Assembly: GCA_964454075.1 (NCBI GenBank)
Contig: CAYVRS010000002.1
Location: forward strand, 1 to 43,037
Length of the DNA stretch: 43,037 nucleotides
Origin: an uncultured Chitinophagales bacterium
GTDB lineage: Bacteria; Bacteroidota; Rhodothermia; Balneolales; HLUCCA01
Direction of reading: 5' to 3'
Part shown: in pieces, positions 11,197 through 24,232 of the stretch
How positions within the stretch are numbered: the first letter of the stretch is position 1
How the letters are laid out: every line of letters begins with the position of its first letter
Notes under the pieces: generated by a model
Told to the model about the DNA's origin: nothing
The model's input: the letters and a program-made list of their open reading frames with translations, nothing else
Databases searched by the model: none
Made by a program: the position numbers and the translations under genes

Positions 11197-12204
11197 TCAG
11201 CTCACGTGAGACCAGCTCAGCGGCGTGCCGGCCTTGAGGTCCGTGCTGGCGGTGCGTCCGAGGACGTCCTCGTAGTAGCGAGGCAACAGCCCCTTGGCCG
11301 GACGGATCACCTGAAGGTTCTCCTCCGTGAGCGGCTCGCCTGCCTTGATGTCTTTGCGCACATAGATCGAGCGTTTGAACGCGACGCTTTTCTGTTCGGC
11401 CGGGAGGATGCCGAAAAACACGTTTCCCATCGCTTTATAAGCACGGTCTGTTTCGGTGACCAGCGCCGCCAGCTCGTGAGGTTCCATCGAGAAAGCGCTG
11501 TCAACACCACCTTCCGCACGCGAAAGAGTCAGGTGTTTCTCGATGACGGTAGCGCCATAGGCGATCGCCGCCACCGACACCCCGATGCCCATGGTATGGT
11601 CGCTGAGCCCCACCTCGCATCCGAATATCTCTTTCATGACAGGGATGGTGGCTAGATTCGTGTTCTCCGGGCTGGCCGGATATGTGCTCGTGCACTTGAG
11701 GATGGTGAGATCCGTACAGCCGGAGGCACGGAGCACTCGGACGGCGTCATCGATGTCGGACATCGTTGACGCGCCGGTCGACATGATCACCGGCTTTCCG
11801 GTCTGCGCCACTTTCTTGAGCAAGGGCCAATCCGTGTTTTCAAATGAGGCGATCTTGTACATGGGCACGTCCAGGGTCTCGAGAAAATCGACCGCGGTGG
11901 CGTCAAACGGAGAGCTGAACGCCAGGATGCCACGCTGTTTCGCGTGGTCGAACAGTGGCTTGTGCCACTCCCAAGGCGTGTAGGCTTCTTTGTAAAGGTT
12001 GTGCAGCTCCTTGCCTTTCCAAAGCGAATCTTCGTCGGTGATGTGGTGCACCCCGGGAAGAGTCATCGTGTCCGCGGTGTAGGTCTGCAGTTTGATGGCG
12101 TGGGCACCGGCGGCGGCGGCGGCATCGACGATGGCCATGGCGCGCTCGAGCGACTGGTTGTGATTGCCCGACATTTCGGCGATGATGAACGGTGTGGGTC
12201 TCAT
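11197..12204 (-). CDS. pseI: Pseudaminic acid synthase (NeuB family)
   Basis: FIIAEMSGNHNQSLERAMAIVDAAAAAGAHAIKLQTYTADTMT. C-terminal SAF/antifreeze-like domain (IYVRKDIKAGEPLTEENL). Adjacent to pseG/H, pseF, pseC and pseB. Confidence 0.88.
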   Translation of the reverse strand: MRPTPFIIAEMSGNHNQSLERAMAIVDAAAAAGAHAIKLQTYTADTMTLPGVHHITDEDSLWKGKELHNLYKEAYTPWEWHKPLFDHAKQRGILAFSSPFDATAVDFLETLDVPMYKIASFENTDWPLLKKVAQTGKPVIMSTGASTMSDIDDAVRVLRASGCTDLTILKCTSTYPASPENTNLATIPVMKEIFGCEVGLSDHTMGIGVSVAAIAYGATVIEKHLTLSRAEGGVDSAFSMEPHELAALVTETDRAYKAMGNVFFGILPAEQKSVAFKRSIYVRKDIKAGEPLTEENLQVIRPAKGLLPRYYEDVLGRTASTDLKAGTPLSWSHVS

Positions 12205-13523
12205 TCGGTCGATTCGAAGTGATGGGAGAAATGGTGCAACCCGTCATGAAGGCGTTCAGCCCAGCCTGCGGAACGGAACACCCTCAGTGAGGCGGTATTT
12301 TCGGATTTGACTTGGGCAAACATGCGGTGTCCCTCCATGGCCCGCATCCCGGCGGCGACCAGTCCGTGGGCGAGGCCGCGTCCACGATGTTCGGCTGCGA
12401 GAAGATAGCTCAATTTCCAGTCTCCTGCGGGAGTCTGGTCGAATCGGATGGTTCCGCAAGGCACGTTCCGCCATTCGGCGATGAAGATCCTGCTCTGGTC
12501 GGAGGAAAGCCGTTGCCTCAACCAAGTGACATGTTCCTCATAGGAAAACGCCGCCGGATTCAACGATTGGGCACGTACCGTCGGATCCATGCTCCACTCG
12601 TACAGACACCGCGCGTCGTCGAGGGTGGCGGGCCGCAGCCGCGGACGCCGCACCAGCAACCGGCACCAGGAGGCCCAATCGTCGGCAAGGCCTCCCATCG
12701 GATCCGCGACCGCTTTGGGTGTCCTGCTGAGGAATGCCAACACCTCGGATGCCGGAATCTGCTTCATGTCACCCAAGGGAATGGCTCCCCACCGTTCCAC
12801 GGCATCTCCATAGACATGCGCTTGATTTTCGGCCACCATGCCGGTGGCGACGGGCAGTCGTCGGGAGGCGGCTTCCCAGAAGACGCCGCTGGAAGTGCAG
12901 ATGGCGACCCGGCATCGGTCCATCTCGCGCACCAAGGTCTGCGCGTCGGCATCGATGTGAAGGAAGAAACGGTCGGGATGGGCGTCGCGCAACGACGTCA
13001 TTTCATTCCGCAAGGCCACATCACTTGTCGATGACAAGGCCATCCTCACGGGTTCGGGCTGATGCCGGATGAGCCAGGGCATCCATTCAGAGGAGATTCC
13101 GGCGGCATCGGTGCCTCCGGGTGCGAACCAGATTCCGGAGCGTGGTTCCGTCGGCACCGGTGCGAGGAACTCGGGTCGCAGAAGCCGGTATCGGTTTCCG
13201 AGCCGGTGCTCGGTATGCGGACAGGCCGGGTACGCGTCCGGATGGGCGTCGTGGCTGGGATTGACCAGGGCATCGGCGGCATAAGGTCCGTTCGGGGAAT
13301 CCACGATCTGCAGGATACAGGACGCCCGCTGACACTGATGGCGTATCCAGTCTGTGGAGTATCCATATCCGTCGACCACAAGGAGGTCGACAGGGGATCC
13401 GTCGTCAGGGAACCGGATCTCGAACTCCTGTCTGAGCCATTCCGAGAGCGCATAGGAACGGATGCGGTGTCCCTCACCGATCGCCGGACCCGCTTCGAAT
13501 CGGAATGCGGCGACGGGTCTCAT
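12201..13523 (-). CDS. Bifunctional PseG-like UDP-2,4-diacetamido-2,4,6-trideoxy-beta-L-altropyranose hydrolase / GNAT N-acetyltransferase (PseH-like)
   Basis: The N-terminal part is PseG-like (FRFEAGPAIGEGHRIRSYALSEWL). The C-terminal roughly 150 aa is a GNAT fold (LRPATLDDARCLYEW...AEHRGRGLAHGLV). Start taken at MRPVAAFRF, where the ATG overlaps the pseF stop (ATGA). Confidence 0.8.
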   Translation of the reverse strand: MRPVAAFRFEAGPAIGEGHRIRSYALSEWLRQEFEIRFPDDGSPVDLLVVDGYGYSTDWIRHQCQRASCILQIVDSPNGPYAADALVNPSHDAHPDAYPACPHTEHRLGNRYRLLRPEFLAPVPTEPRSGIWFAPGGTDAAGISSEWMPWLIRHQPEPVRMALSSTSDVALRNEMTSLRDAHPDRFFLHIDADAQTLVREMDRCRVAICTSSGVFWEAASRRLPVATGMVAENQAHVYGDAVERWGAIPLGDMKQIPASEVLAFLSRTPKAVADPMGGLADDWASWCRLLVRRPRLRPATLDDARCLYEWSMDPTVRAQSLNPAAFSYEEHVTWLRQRLSSDQSRIFIAEWRNVPCGTIRFDQTPAGDWKLSYLLAAEHRGRGLAHGLVAAGMRAMEGHRMFAQVKSENTASLRVFRSAGWAERLHDGLHHFSHHFESTE

Positions 13524-14208
13524 CCGAACAGGATCTGATGTTTGAGTTCGGCCATGGCCCAATCAGCCTCGGTGTCGATGTCTTGGACCCGGATGTCGGG
13601 CAGCAACACCGAACCGGTGTTGCTGCCGAGCAAGGTTTTCGACTCCAGGAAGGGCTCCGTCTTGAAAAAAGCCCATTGTCCGGCGTCGTGGTAGGCTTTG
13701 GGAAGGTCTTGCGATCGTGTGTTCCTGTGTTCCGGCCAGTTCATGGCGATCTTCCCGTCATCGGCGCGGTTCAAGGACCGCAGGATGGGATACCCGAAAT
13801 CCACCACGGGAAGGATGACGTCGAACGGGCTGCCGATCAGACTTTGGAAGCCGGCCTTCAGGTCATCGGCGGTCGTGAATGGCGACGTCGGATACAAGTT
13901 GCAGGCGATGTCGAACCGCTGTCCGAGCTGCTCATAACTCGCCAGGACTTCCAGCAACACATCGGCCGTGGTGGCGTGGTCATCCGCGGTTTGTGCGGAC
14001 CGCATGAAGGGGATCTCCGCGCCATAGGTCCGGGCCACGTCTGCGATCTCTGCATCGTCGGTGCTCACCATCACGGTGTGGAAGAGCGAACTGGCCAAGG
14101 CGGCTTCGATCGAATAGGCGATGATCGGTCGGCCACGGAACGTCTTCAGATTCTTTCTCGGAATGCGTTTGCTTCCGCCACGGGCCGGTATGACGCACAG
14201 CGAATTCA

Positions 14209-14209
<1 letters not shown>
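13520..14209 (-). CDS. pseF: Pseudaminic acid cytidylyltransferase (CMP-Pse synthetase)
   Basis: CVIPARGGSKRIPRKNLKTFRGRPIIAYSIEAAL...VSTDDAEIADVARTYGAEIPFMR, the CMP-NeuAc synthetase-like fold signature. Confidence 0.88.
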
Positions 14210-17699
<3,490 letters not shown>

Positions 17700-17703
<4 letters not shown>

Positions 17704-19025
17704 TGGGGCTGAATCCGGTCTAACAATGTGGCCACGAGGCGTGTCTGCTCACGGTTGGAAAACCGTCGGATCCCCTCCGAGGACGCGAAGACCTCGTCAC
17801 GGGACCAAGCGTCCAAAGCCTGGATCAGAGTCTTTTTGGTGCCCTCCACATCCGAGTATTCATGCATCGTTCCATGAGCCGTGCTTCTGAGGATCCCGGA
17901 TACGTCGCTGTCTTCGGGACCCAACGCAAGGATCGGCCGGCCGGCCCTCAGATACTCGTAGAATTTGCCAGGCATGCGTCCTTTCGCATTGTCGGCTTTG
18001 TTCAGGGGAAGCAACAGCAACCCTGCCGACACCAAGGCCCTCAGGGCTTCTTTGCGGGGGATGATGCCGCCGATCTTCAACACCTCCGCGATGCCGGCCT
18101 GTTCGAAAGCCCGTCTCACCGAATAGTCGATCTCGCCGTACTGAACCACTTGGACCCTGTTCAAGCGCTCGGGATGTTCTCGTTTCAGCTCGGCCAGGGC
18201 AAGGATGAGCGGATCGGGGCAACGGTCGAATCCGAGAAGTCCGGTGTGAACGATGGTGAACAAATCCGATGGCACCTTTTCGATGTCTTGAAAGTCCTGC
18301 TCATCGTATCCGTAATAAAGCACATCGACGTTTTTCGCGCCAATCGATTCAAGATCTGTTTTCCATGACGGACTCGCGATCGTCATGGCATCCGCGGTTT
18401 TGAACACCTCTTGCTCCATGTCGCGATGCTTTCGGTCGGCCCGGCCTTTGATCCCCAAAAGGGGATAATAATCCACCTGGGTCCAAGGATCTTGAAAATC
18501 GGCCAACCATGGAATCCCGGTCGCCTTCTTCAGTTCACATGCGATCACGGTATTGGTATGTGGAGGTCCGTCGGAAAAGATCGCATCGACAGGATGCTGT
18601 TTCAGATAGGCTTTCAGATATCGGATCGAAGGACGAATCCAAAACGCCCTCGCATCCGGAATGAAGAAATTGGCTCGAACCCAGATGCCGAAACGATCCG
18701 CCAGTTTCGGAGTCTTGTCACGAACATGCACCACATTCGTCAACGGATCTGTGGCTTTGCGCCCTGAAAGCCGTTTGAACAGATGCAAAGGTTCGAAAAT
18801 CGGATGTCTCAATACCGTGATTCCTTCCGGAATATCACGGTGGTTGTCCGGATCCAGGTATGGATATTGGGCGTTGGAAGCGGTGTAGATCACGGGCTCC
18901 CAGCCAAAATCGCGAAGGTATTTCGCGATTTTGAGGCATCTCAACACGGTGATACCGCCGGCGGGTGGCCAATAATACGTGATGATGAGAACCTTACGCC
19001 GCTCTTCCATTCCGGAATTCCACAA
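17700..19025 (-). CDS. Glycosyltransferase (GT-B fold, family 4-like)
   Basis: N-terminus KVLIITYYWPPAGGITVLRCLKIAKYL is typical of the GT4 N-terminal domain. C-terminal lobe contains ...EYLRAGRPILALG. Alternative start at MEERRK (19010). Confidence 0.7.
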
Positions 19026-21387
19026 TCCCAGCCCCGAGCACCAGAATCAAGATCAGCACATGAGCCCCCAGGGCCGCTGTTTTGGCGCCGGCCAACCAGC
19101 TCGGTGCGAAGGTCAGCACCACGGTATGCGATCCGTCGGGGATCTCGAGCCCGCGCAACGCATAGTTCGTTTTGTGGATGGGGATGTCGGCACCATCGAG
19201 GGTGGCCGCCCACCCGGCCGGGTAGTAGATCTCGCTAAGGACGAGGAAGCCCGCCTCGGCGGATTCAGTCTTCAGGCGGATCGTATGCGCGCCGTACTCA
19301 AGCACAGTCACCGTTCCTCCAGCGGAAGACGCCACGATCGGGGTATCCGATTCCACCACGGCCAACCCCTTGCCATTGCCGAGCACCGTGTTCAACGCGT
19401 CCATCGCGGCCTGCGGCGTTGAGACGGTCATCACCGAATCGACGAACCAGGCTTTGGGCAGCACCGTCTCATTCTCGTACACCACCATCTCTTCATCGAA
19501 GGTGGCCACAGGCTTGAATCCGGGAATCTGAACCAGCGCGCCGTACGTCAGATATTTCACATTCAGAAGACTGAGCACCGGCGCGTTCAGTCCGGTCGGA
19601 CCAGCGAACAACGCCCTGTCGATCACATCTTGGACAACACTCAGTTTGGCGCCGGTGTATCCACCGACCGAAGGATAGAAATAGGCCGGAACCGCGTTGT
19701 TGAACGCATTGTCGGACAACGGAAGCACGCGGTAAGCCCAGCCTTCCGGCGTAGCCACGTTCTGTTCAAGCCAGGTGTCGACCGGACGCCGACCCGCTTC
19801 GATCACCGCTCCCACATCCCCGATCTTGTCTTGGAAGGCATACTCCGGGATGTACCGCTTGCCGACCGACACCATGTCGAAGGCCGCGATCACCACCAAG
19901 CCCATCAGGGCATGCTCCGTGTTGAGCGTTTTGCGTGCCGCCAGCCACAACAGGGCGGACCCGAGTCCGAGAATCACCAGGAACCGAAGCACGTCCGACG
20001 TGGCCGCTTCCTTCCGATCGGCTTTCGTCTTCACAAGGAAGCTGTTTACCGTCTGCGCCACTCGCGGATCATCGACAGGCACATTGTTCGATTGCGCCAC
20101 CTGCTCCATGTATTGCATCCGCTCGCCCTCTTTTTCGAAACCGGTCAACGAGCCGAAGGCCGTCAAGAGCATGAAGCCGATCACGACGAGCGACCCGGAG
20201 GCCAAGGCGACCGATTTCGCCGTGAATCCGCGATCGAGCGCTCTCACGGCAGGTACGGAGAATGCGACCACACTCATCATGAGCCACATTTCCGGTGTGC
20301 GGAATTTGTTGAAGCCCGGGAACCAGGCGAACATGGTATCGTTCAGCAACGGGAAATGGTTGCCCAAGGAGAAGAGGACGCCCAGCAAGCCTGCGCCATA
20401 AAACACTTTGTCGAGGCGGTCTTTCTTGCCAAACAGCGATAAGGCCAGGAGCAAGGCGGTCAAGGCTCCGAAGTAGTGCGGACCGCTCGTGCCGGGCTTG
20501 GGTCCCCAATACAGCCCGCCACCGCCATAGAGGTTCGGCACCAGCAAGGTCATCAGCTCACCCCAGCCTTGCGACCAGACGAAGGCATACTCCTGGTCGA
20601 GGCCGCGTCCGCCTTCCGTGGCCAAGGCCGAGCCGCCGCGGATGCTGTATGGCGAGTACTCGGCAAGCGCATAGTATTGCGGAATCACGCTCACGGCCAC
20701 GATCAGCGCCGCGGCGAGCATCAATCCGGTCTGCGTGAGAATCGGCTTGAGCCGGCCTTCACGCGCCGCCACCACCAGGTCGGTGAGCCACCATGCCGCC
20801 AGGATGAACAGGAAATAGTAGGTCACCTGCGGATGGCCCGAACGCACTTGAAGGCTCAGGAAAAACGCGAACATGGCGAAACCGCTCATCAGACGGCCTT
20901 GAAGCAACCAACGGAAGCCGGTGAGCATCCAGGGCGTCCAGACATAGGCATAGAATTTGGTGTTGTGCCCGGCTCCGATGATGATGGGGATGTAGGTCGA
21001 AAAACCGACCACCACGGCGCCAAAAGTCGACGCCCAGGGACTCGCTCCCAGACTCTGGAAAAACACGTACGCCCCCACCAGGAGGAACGCCATGTAGACA
21101 TAGGGAAAAATGAAGCGGCCATGGCGGTTCACCAAGGTGTCGAGCGAAGGATACGCTTTGATGTTCGTCACCACAAAAGCCGGCATCCCTCCGAACATGT
21201 TCGTCGACCATAAGGCTTGCTCACCCGTGGCCTCTTCGTGCTCGAGGAGCGATTCGGCACCCGCACGCCATTGCAGGATGTCGGACTGCGCGAGCTGTCT
21301 GCCCTGGAAGATCGTCTCCGGCACCAGGAAGGCGGGAAGCAGCAAGAGGAAGGCGACGCAGAGGGCGTGGCGTTTGAACGCGCTCAT
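18994..21387 (-). CDS. YfhO-family polytopic membrane protein (putative glycan transferase or glycosylation-associated)
   Basis: 797 aa. The N-terminal roughly 450 aa has many transmembrane helices, followed by a large soluble domain and a final transmembrane helix (ALGAHVLILILVLGAGIV). This architecture is typical of YfhO. The ATG overlaps the gatC stop (4 nt). Confidence 0.6.
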   Translation of the reverse strand: MSAFKRHALCVAFLLLLPAFLVPETIFQGRQLAQSDILQWRAGAESLLEHEEATGEQALWSTNMFGGMPAFVVTNIKAYPSLDTLVNRHGRFIFPYVYMAFLLVGAYVFFQSLGASPWASTFGAVVVGFSTYIPIIIGAGHNTKFYAYVWTPWMLTGFRWLLQGRLMSGFAMFAFFLSLQVRSGHPQVTYYFLFILAAWWLTDLVVAAREGRLKPILTQTGLMLAAALIVAVSVIPQYYALAEYSPYSIRGGSALATEGGRGLDQEYAFVWSQGWGELMTLLVPNLYGGGGLYWGPKPGTSGPHYFGALTALLLALSLFGKKDRLDKVFYGAGLLGVLFSLGNHFPLLNDTMFAWFPGFNKFRTPEMWLMMSVVAFSVPAVRALDRGFTAKSVALASGSLVVIGFMLLTAFGSLTGFEKEGERMQYMEQVAQSNNVPVDDPRVAQTVNSFLVKTKADRKEAATSDVLRFLVILGLGSALLWLAARKTLNTEHALMGLVVIAAFDMVSVGKRYIPEYAFQDKIGDVGAVIEAGRRPVDTWLEQNVATPEGWAYRVLPLSDNAFNNAVPAYFYPSVGGYTGAKLSVVQDVIDRALFAGPTGLNAPVLSLLNVKYLTYGALVQIPGFKPVATFDEEMVVYENETVLPKAWFVDSVMTVSTPQAAMDALNTVLGNGKGLAVVESDTPIVASSAGGTVTVLEYGAHTIRLKTESAEAGFLVLSEIYYPAGWAATLDGADIPIHKTNYALRGLEIPDGSHTVVLTFAPSWLAGAKTAALGAHVLILILVLGAGIVEFRNGRAA

Positions 21388-21671
21388 TCGATGACCCTCG
21401 GAACGCGGAAATAATCGGTGTCGGCATCGGGCGCGTTTCGCAACGCGTCCTCATGGCTGAGCGGATCTTTGGCCACATCCGGCCGGTAGGCCGTGGTCGG
21501 CTCGTACACGTGCTCGAGCGGTTCGACCGACGACGTGTCGACCTGGTTGAGCTGGTCCATGTAGGCGAGGATGCGGTTCATATCATGCTGATAATTCCCG
21601 ATTTCGTCGTCCTTCAGGTTGAGACGCGCTAGATTGGCGATGTAGCGCACATCATCTTTGGTTACTGACAT
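21384..21671 (-). CDS. gatC: Asp-tRNA(Asn)/Glu-tRNA(Gln) amidotransferase subunit C
   Basis: MSVTKDDVRYIANLARLNLKDDEIGNYQHDMNRILAYMDQLNQVDT. Start set at MSVTK, which has a -7 box 3 nt upstream. Confidence 0.88.
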   Translation of the reverse strand: MSVTKDDVRYIANLARLNLKDDEIGNYQHDMNRILAYMDQLNQVDTSSVEPLEHVYEPTTAYRPDVAKDPLSHEDALRNAPDADTDYFRVPRVIE

Positions 21672-21674
21672 GGC

Positions 21675-21682
21675 CAAAGATA
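21675..21682 (-). promoter_or_regulatory. Candidate -7 promoter box TATCTTTG, 3 nt upstream of the gatC ATG (leaderless geometry)
   Basis: Exact TAnnTTTG match. Minus strand reads tttTATCTTTG-gcc-ATG. Confidence 0.55.
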
Positions 21683-21703
21683 AAAAAAGCACGCATTAGT
21701 CTG

Positions 21704-21711
21704 TATTTTCA
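21704..21711 (+). promoter_or_regulatory. Candidate -7 promoter box TATTTTCA, 5 nt upstream of the ptsH ATG
   Basis: ctgTATTTTCA-gacac-ATG. Divergent from the gatC box, inside a 45-bp intergenic region. Confidence 0.45.
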
Positions 21712-21716
21712 GACAC

Positions 21717-21980
21717 ATGAAATCCGTAACCGTCACTGTGGTGAACCCCGCCGGCATCCATACCCGTCCCGCCGCGATGCTCGTTCAGACAGTCGCCAAA
21801 TTCAAAAGCGACTTCCACATCAACATGTACGGATACAAGATCAATGGCAAAAGCATCCTCGGGGTGATGACGCTCGCCGCCGAACAAGGCGCCCAAATGG
21901 AGCTGGAATTCGATGGACCGGATGAGGAGGAAGCCGCCGCCGCGGTGATCGCCCTGTTCGAGGCGGGGTTCAATGAGTGA
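21717..21980 (+). CDS. ptsH: Phosphocarrier protein HPr
   Basis: 87 aa with the His15 motif GIHTRPA and the Ser46 region NGKSILGVMTL. Confidence 0.92.
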   Translation: MKSVTVTVVNPAGIHTRPAAMLVQTVAKFKSDFHINMYGYKINGKSILGVMTLAAEQGAQMELEFDGPDEEEAAAAVIALFEAGFNE

Positions 21981-23640
21981 GGAGCACCGGATAGCCGCCC
22001 TCGCGGCCTCCCCGGGCATCGCGATCGGCACGGTGCACCGGTACCGTCGGGTTCGCTTGGAGACCGATTCCACGCCCATCGATCCCTCCGAATGCGAGGC
22101 CCAGGAGGAGCGGTTCGCGCGCGCCCTGGACCTTGTCGAAGATGAATTGAACCGCATCGCGACGTTGGCTCGCACGGAGATGGGGGACGATTCGTCCGCC
22201 ATCATCGAAACGCACATCCAGATGCTGCGGGACCCGGAACTGAACAAGCTCGTGGTCACCCACATCCGCAAGCATCTCAAAGCCGCGGATGCGGCCGTGT
22301 ACGATGCGTTCGAAACCTTCCTGAAACGGCTCCGGTCCGCTGGAAACGCCTATTTTGCTGAACGGATCACGGATATCGCCGACGTGCGCGACCGCATTCT
22401 CTACCGGCTTCAGCACGACGCGAGTTCACACGCGCCGCTGTCCGGGTCCATCCTGGTCGCCGAAGACCTGACACCCACCGAAGTCGTGGAGCTTTCCCGC
22501 CTCGGACTCCGCGCCATCGTGCTTCTTGCCGGCGGACTCACCTCGCATGCGTCCATCATCGCCCGCTCGATGTCCATTCCCAAGCTCGTGGCCTGCAAAG
22601 GAGCGGTCACGTTTTCCGTGGAAGGCGACACGGCCATTGTCGATGCGAAGTCCGGCGTCTTCATCTTGCATCCCGCGGAGGCGACCGTCGCGGAGTATCA
22701 AGAGCGTTTGCATGACCTGGAACGCCATCGGTCTGAGGTCGAGTCGATGGCGGCATTGCCATCGGTGACCGCCTGCGGAGAGCCAATCGCGCTACGGGCC
22801 AACATCGAATTCGAACCGGAATTGCCCCATCTGGCTTCTTCCGGCGCCATGGGCATCGGCCTGCTTCGCACCGAATCGTTCTTCATGGACGCGCAGCAAG
22901 GCACCGTGGCGTCTCAGCAGAGTTTCTATGAGCATGCCGCCGAGGCGAGCGGCTCCCATCCCGTCACCATCCGCCTGTTCGATGTCGGGGGAGACAAGAT
23001 CACCGATCTTCGAGAGAGCGAAGACAATCCGTTCCTTGGCTGGAGAGGCATCCGGATCCTTCTGGATCGCAGGGAGCTGCTTCGCGAACAACTCCGTGCC
23101 ATTCTCGGTGCGGCGGGGGCGCATCCCGGACGCATTCGGATCATGGCGCCGATGGTGACCATGCTGGATGAGGTCCATGAATTGCGCTTGGAAGTCGACC
23201 GCGTGCAGCAGGAGCGAGTGATGGGGGGGAAACCGATCGACCCGGATGTGCCGATCGGCATCATGGTCGAAGTCCCGGCAGTGGCGCTTCAGGCTGAGGA
23301 GTTCGCGGACATCGCCGATTTCTTCAGCATCGGCACCAACGACCTCACGCAATACACCTTGGCGGTGGATCGGGGAAATCCGCTCATCTCCGAACTCTAT
23401 CAGCATCACCATCCCGCCGTGTATCGCCTGATCCGGATGACGGTTCAGGCGGCCAACCGAAAAGGCATTCCTGTGGCGGTCTGCGGCGAGCTGGCCTCCG
23501 ATCCGGATGCCGCGGAACTGCTGATCGGATTGGGCCTGCGCGATCTGAGCATGTCGCCTGCGGCCATCCCGGAAGTGAAAGCCCGCCTGCGAAGCCGCAC
23601 GTGCGCCGAGATGCGCTCCAGCGCCGAGCGGTTCGCCTGA
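21973..23640 (+). CDS. ptsI: Phosphoenolpyruvate--protein phosphotransferase (PTS Enzyme I)
   Basis: Phospho-His loop GGLTSHASIIARSMSIP. PEP-utiliser TIM barrel motifs GIGLLRTE, FSIGTNDLTQY and VCGELA. Overlaps ptsH by 8 nt. Confidence 0.92.
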   Translation: MSEEHRIAALAASPGIAIGTVHRYRRVRLETDSTPIDPSECEAQEERFARALDLVEDELNRIATLARTEMGDDSSAIIETHIQMLRDPELNKLVVTHIRKHLKAADAAVYDAFETFLKRLRSAGNAYFAERITDIADVRDRILYRLQHDASSHAPLSGSILVAEDLTPTEVVELSRLGLRAIVLLAGGLTSHASIIARSMSIPKLVACKGAVTFSVEGDTAIVDAKSGVFILHPAEATVAEYQERLHDLERHRSEVESMAALPSVTACGEPIALRANIEFEPELPHLASSGAMGIGLLRTESFFMDAQQGTVASQQSFYEHAAEASGSHPVTIRLFDVGGDKITDLRESEDNPFLGWRGIRILLDRRELLREQLRAILGAAGAHPGRIRIMAPMVTMLDEVHELRLEVDRVQQERVMGGKPIDPDVPIGIMVEVPAVALQAEEFADIADFFSIGTNDLTQYTLAVDRGNPLISELYQHHHPAVYRLIRMTVQAANRKGIPVAVCGELASDPDAAELLIGLGLRDLSMSPAAIPEVKARLRSRTCAEMRSSAERFA

Positions 23641-23700
23641 CCACTTCATAATCTAAACCGACATCGGCATCGTGTCGCTTTCGTCGATTCCGACGCGCGC

Positions 23701-23906
23701 ATTAGAAACGAATTCTGGAACCGGTACCAGAAATTTATTAATTAGGCAATAATGATATATTTCCTAATTAAGTTAAATATTAAATCCGGAATCGCCATAT
23801 TTAATCATTGTGAACACCCTTTGAATCTTAATAAATAAGACCCTATCTTTAGGAATCTCATGTCAGGGATGTTTCCTTCGGGAAATAAAGTTAAACGAAG
23901 TACATT
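23701..23906 (+). promoter_or_regulatory. Very AT-rich, palindrome-dense regulatory spacer upstream of the CBM48 gene
   Basis: 20-bp near-palindrome TTCTGGAACCGGTACCAGAA (23713-23732). Inverted repeats TTAATTAGG-N16-CCTAATTAA (23738-23771) and TTAAATAT-N16-ATATTTAA (23773-23804). Hairpin with a UUCG loop (23872-23885). The -7 box TATCTTTA is listed separately. Confidence 0.6.
23844..23851 (+). promoter_or_regulatory. Candidate -7 promoter box TATCTTTA for the CBM48 gene (55-nt leader)
   Basis: cccTATCTTTAgg; shares the TATCTTT core seen upstream of the tRNA-Ser gene, gatC and clpS. Confidence 0.45.
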
Positions 23907-24206
23907 ATGATCACGAAACAATTCACACCGAAACGCACGGTCTGCAAAGTCACTTTCCAGATCCCTGCGGAGTGGGCTCAGAAAGAAGTCGCCTTGGTGG
24001 GCGATTTCAATGCCTGGGATCCCGCCGCCAACAAGCTGGCGAAAAAAAATGGCGCTTGGGAGACCACGATCCGTCTGGAGCCGGGTGCCCAAGCCAAATT
24101 CCGCTACTTCATCGACAACAGCACCTGGGCCAACGACGACGCGGCCGATGCCTATGTCGCCAATCAGTTCGGAACCGAAGATTCTGTTGTCACTATCGAC
24201 GCGTGA
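23907..24206 (+). CDS. Standalone isoamylase-N / CBM48 (AMPK beta-type glycogen-binding) domain protein
   Basis: 99 aa: VTFQIPAEWAQKEVALVGDFNAWDPAANKLAKKNGAWETTIRLEPGAQAKFRYFIDNSTWANDDAADAYV, the early-set/CBM48 pattern (GDFNxW...W...L..G.Y.Y.F..D). Confidence 0.8.
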   Translation: MITKQFTPKRTVCKVTFQIPAEWAQKEVALVGDFNAWDPAANKLAKKNGAWETTIRLEPGAQAKFRYFIDNSTWANDDAADAYVANQFGTEDSVVTIDA

Positions 24207-24232
24207 GAGACCTACTGATTTGTTGAGTCGCA

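Noticed and set aside
23641-23906. The AT-rich spacer as a replication origin or a remnant of a mobile element insertion.
   Set aside because: There are no DnaA-box-like TTATCCACA motifs, no flanking dnaA or dnaN, and no direct target duplications or transposase remnants. A regulatory role for the downstream gene is the simpler explanation.
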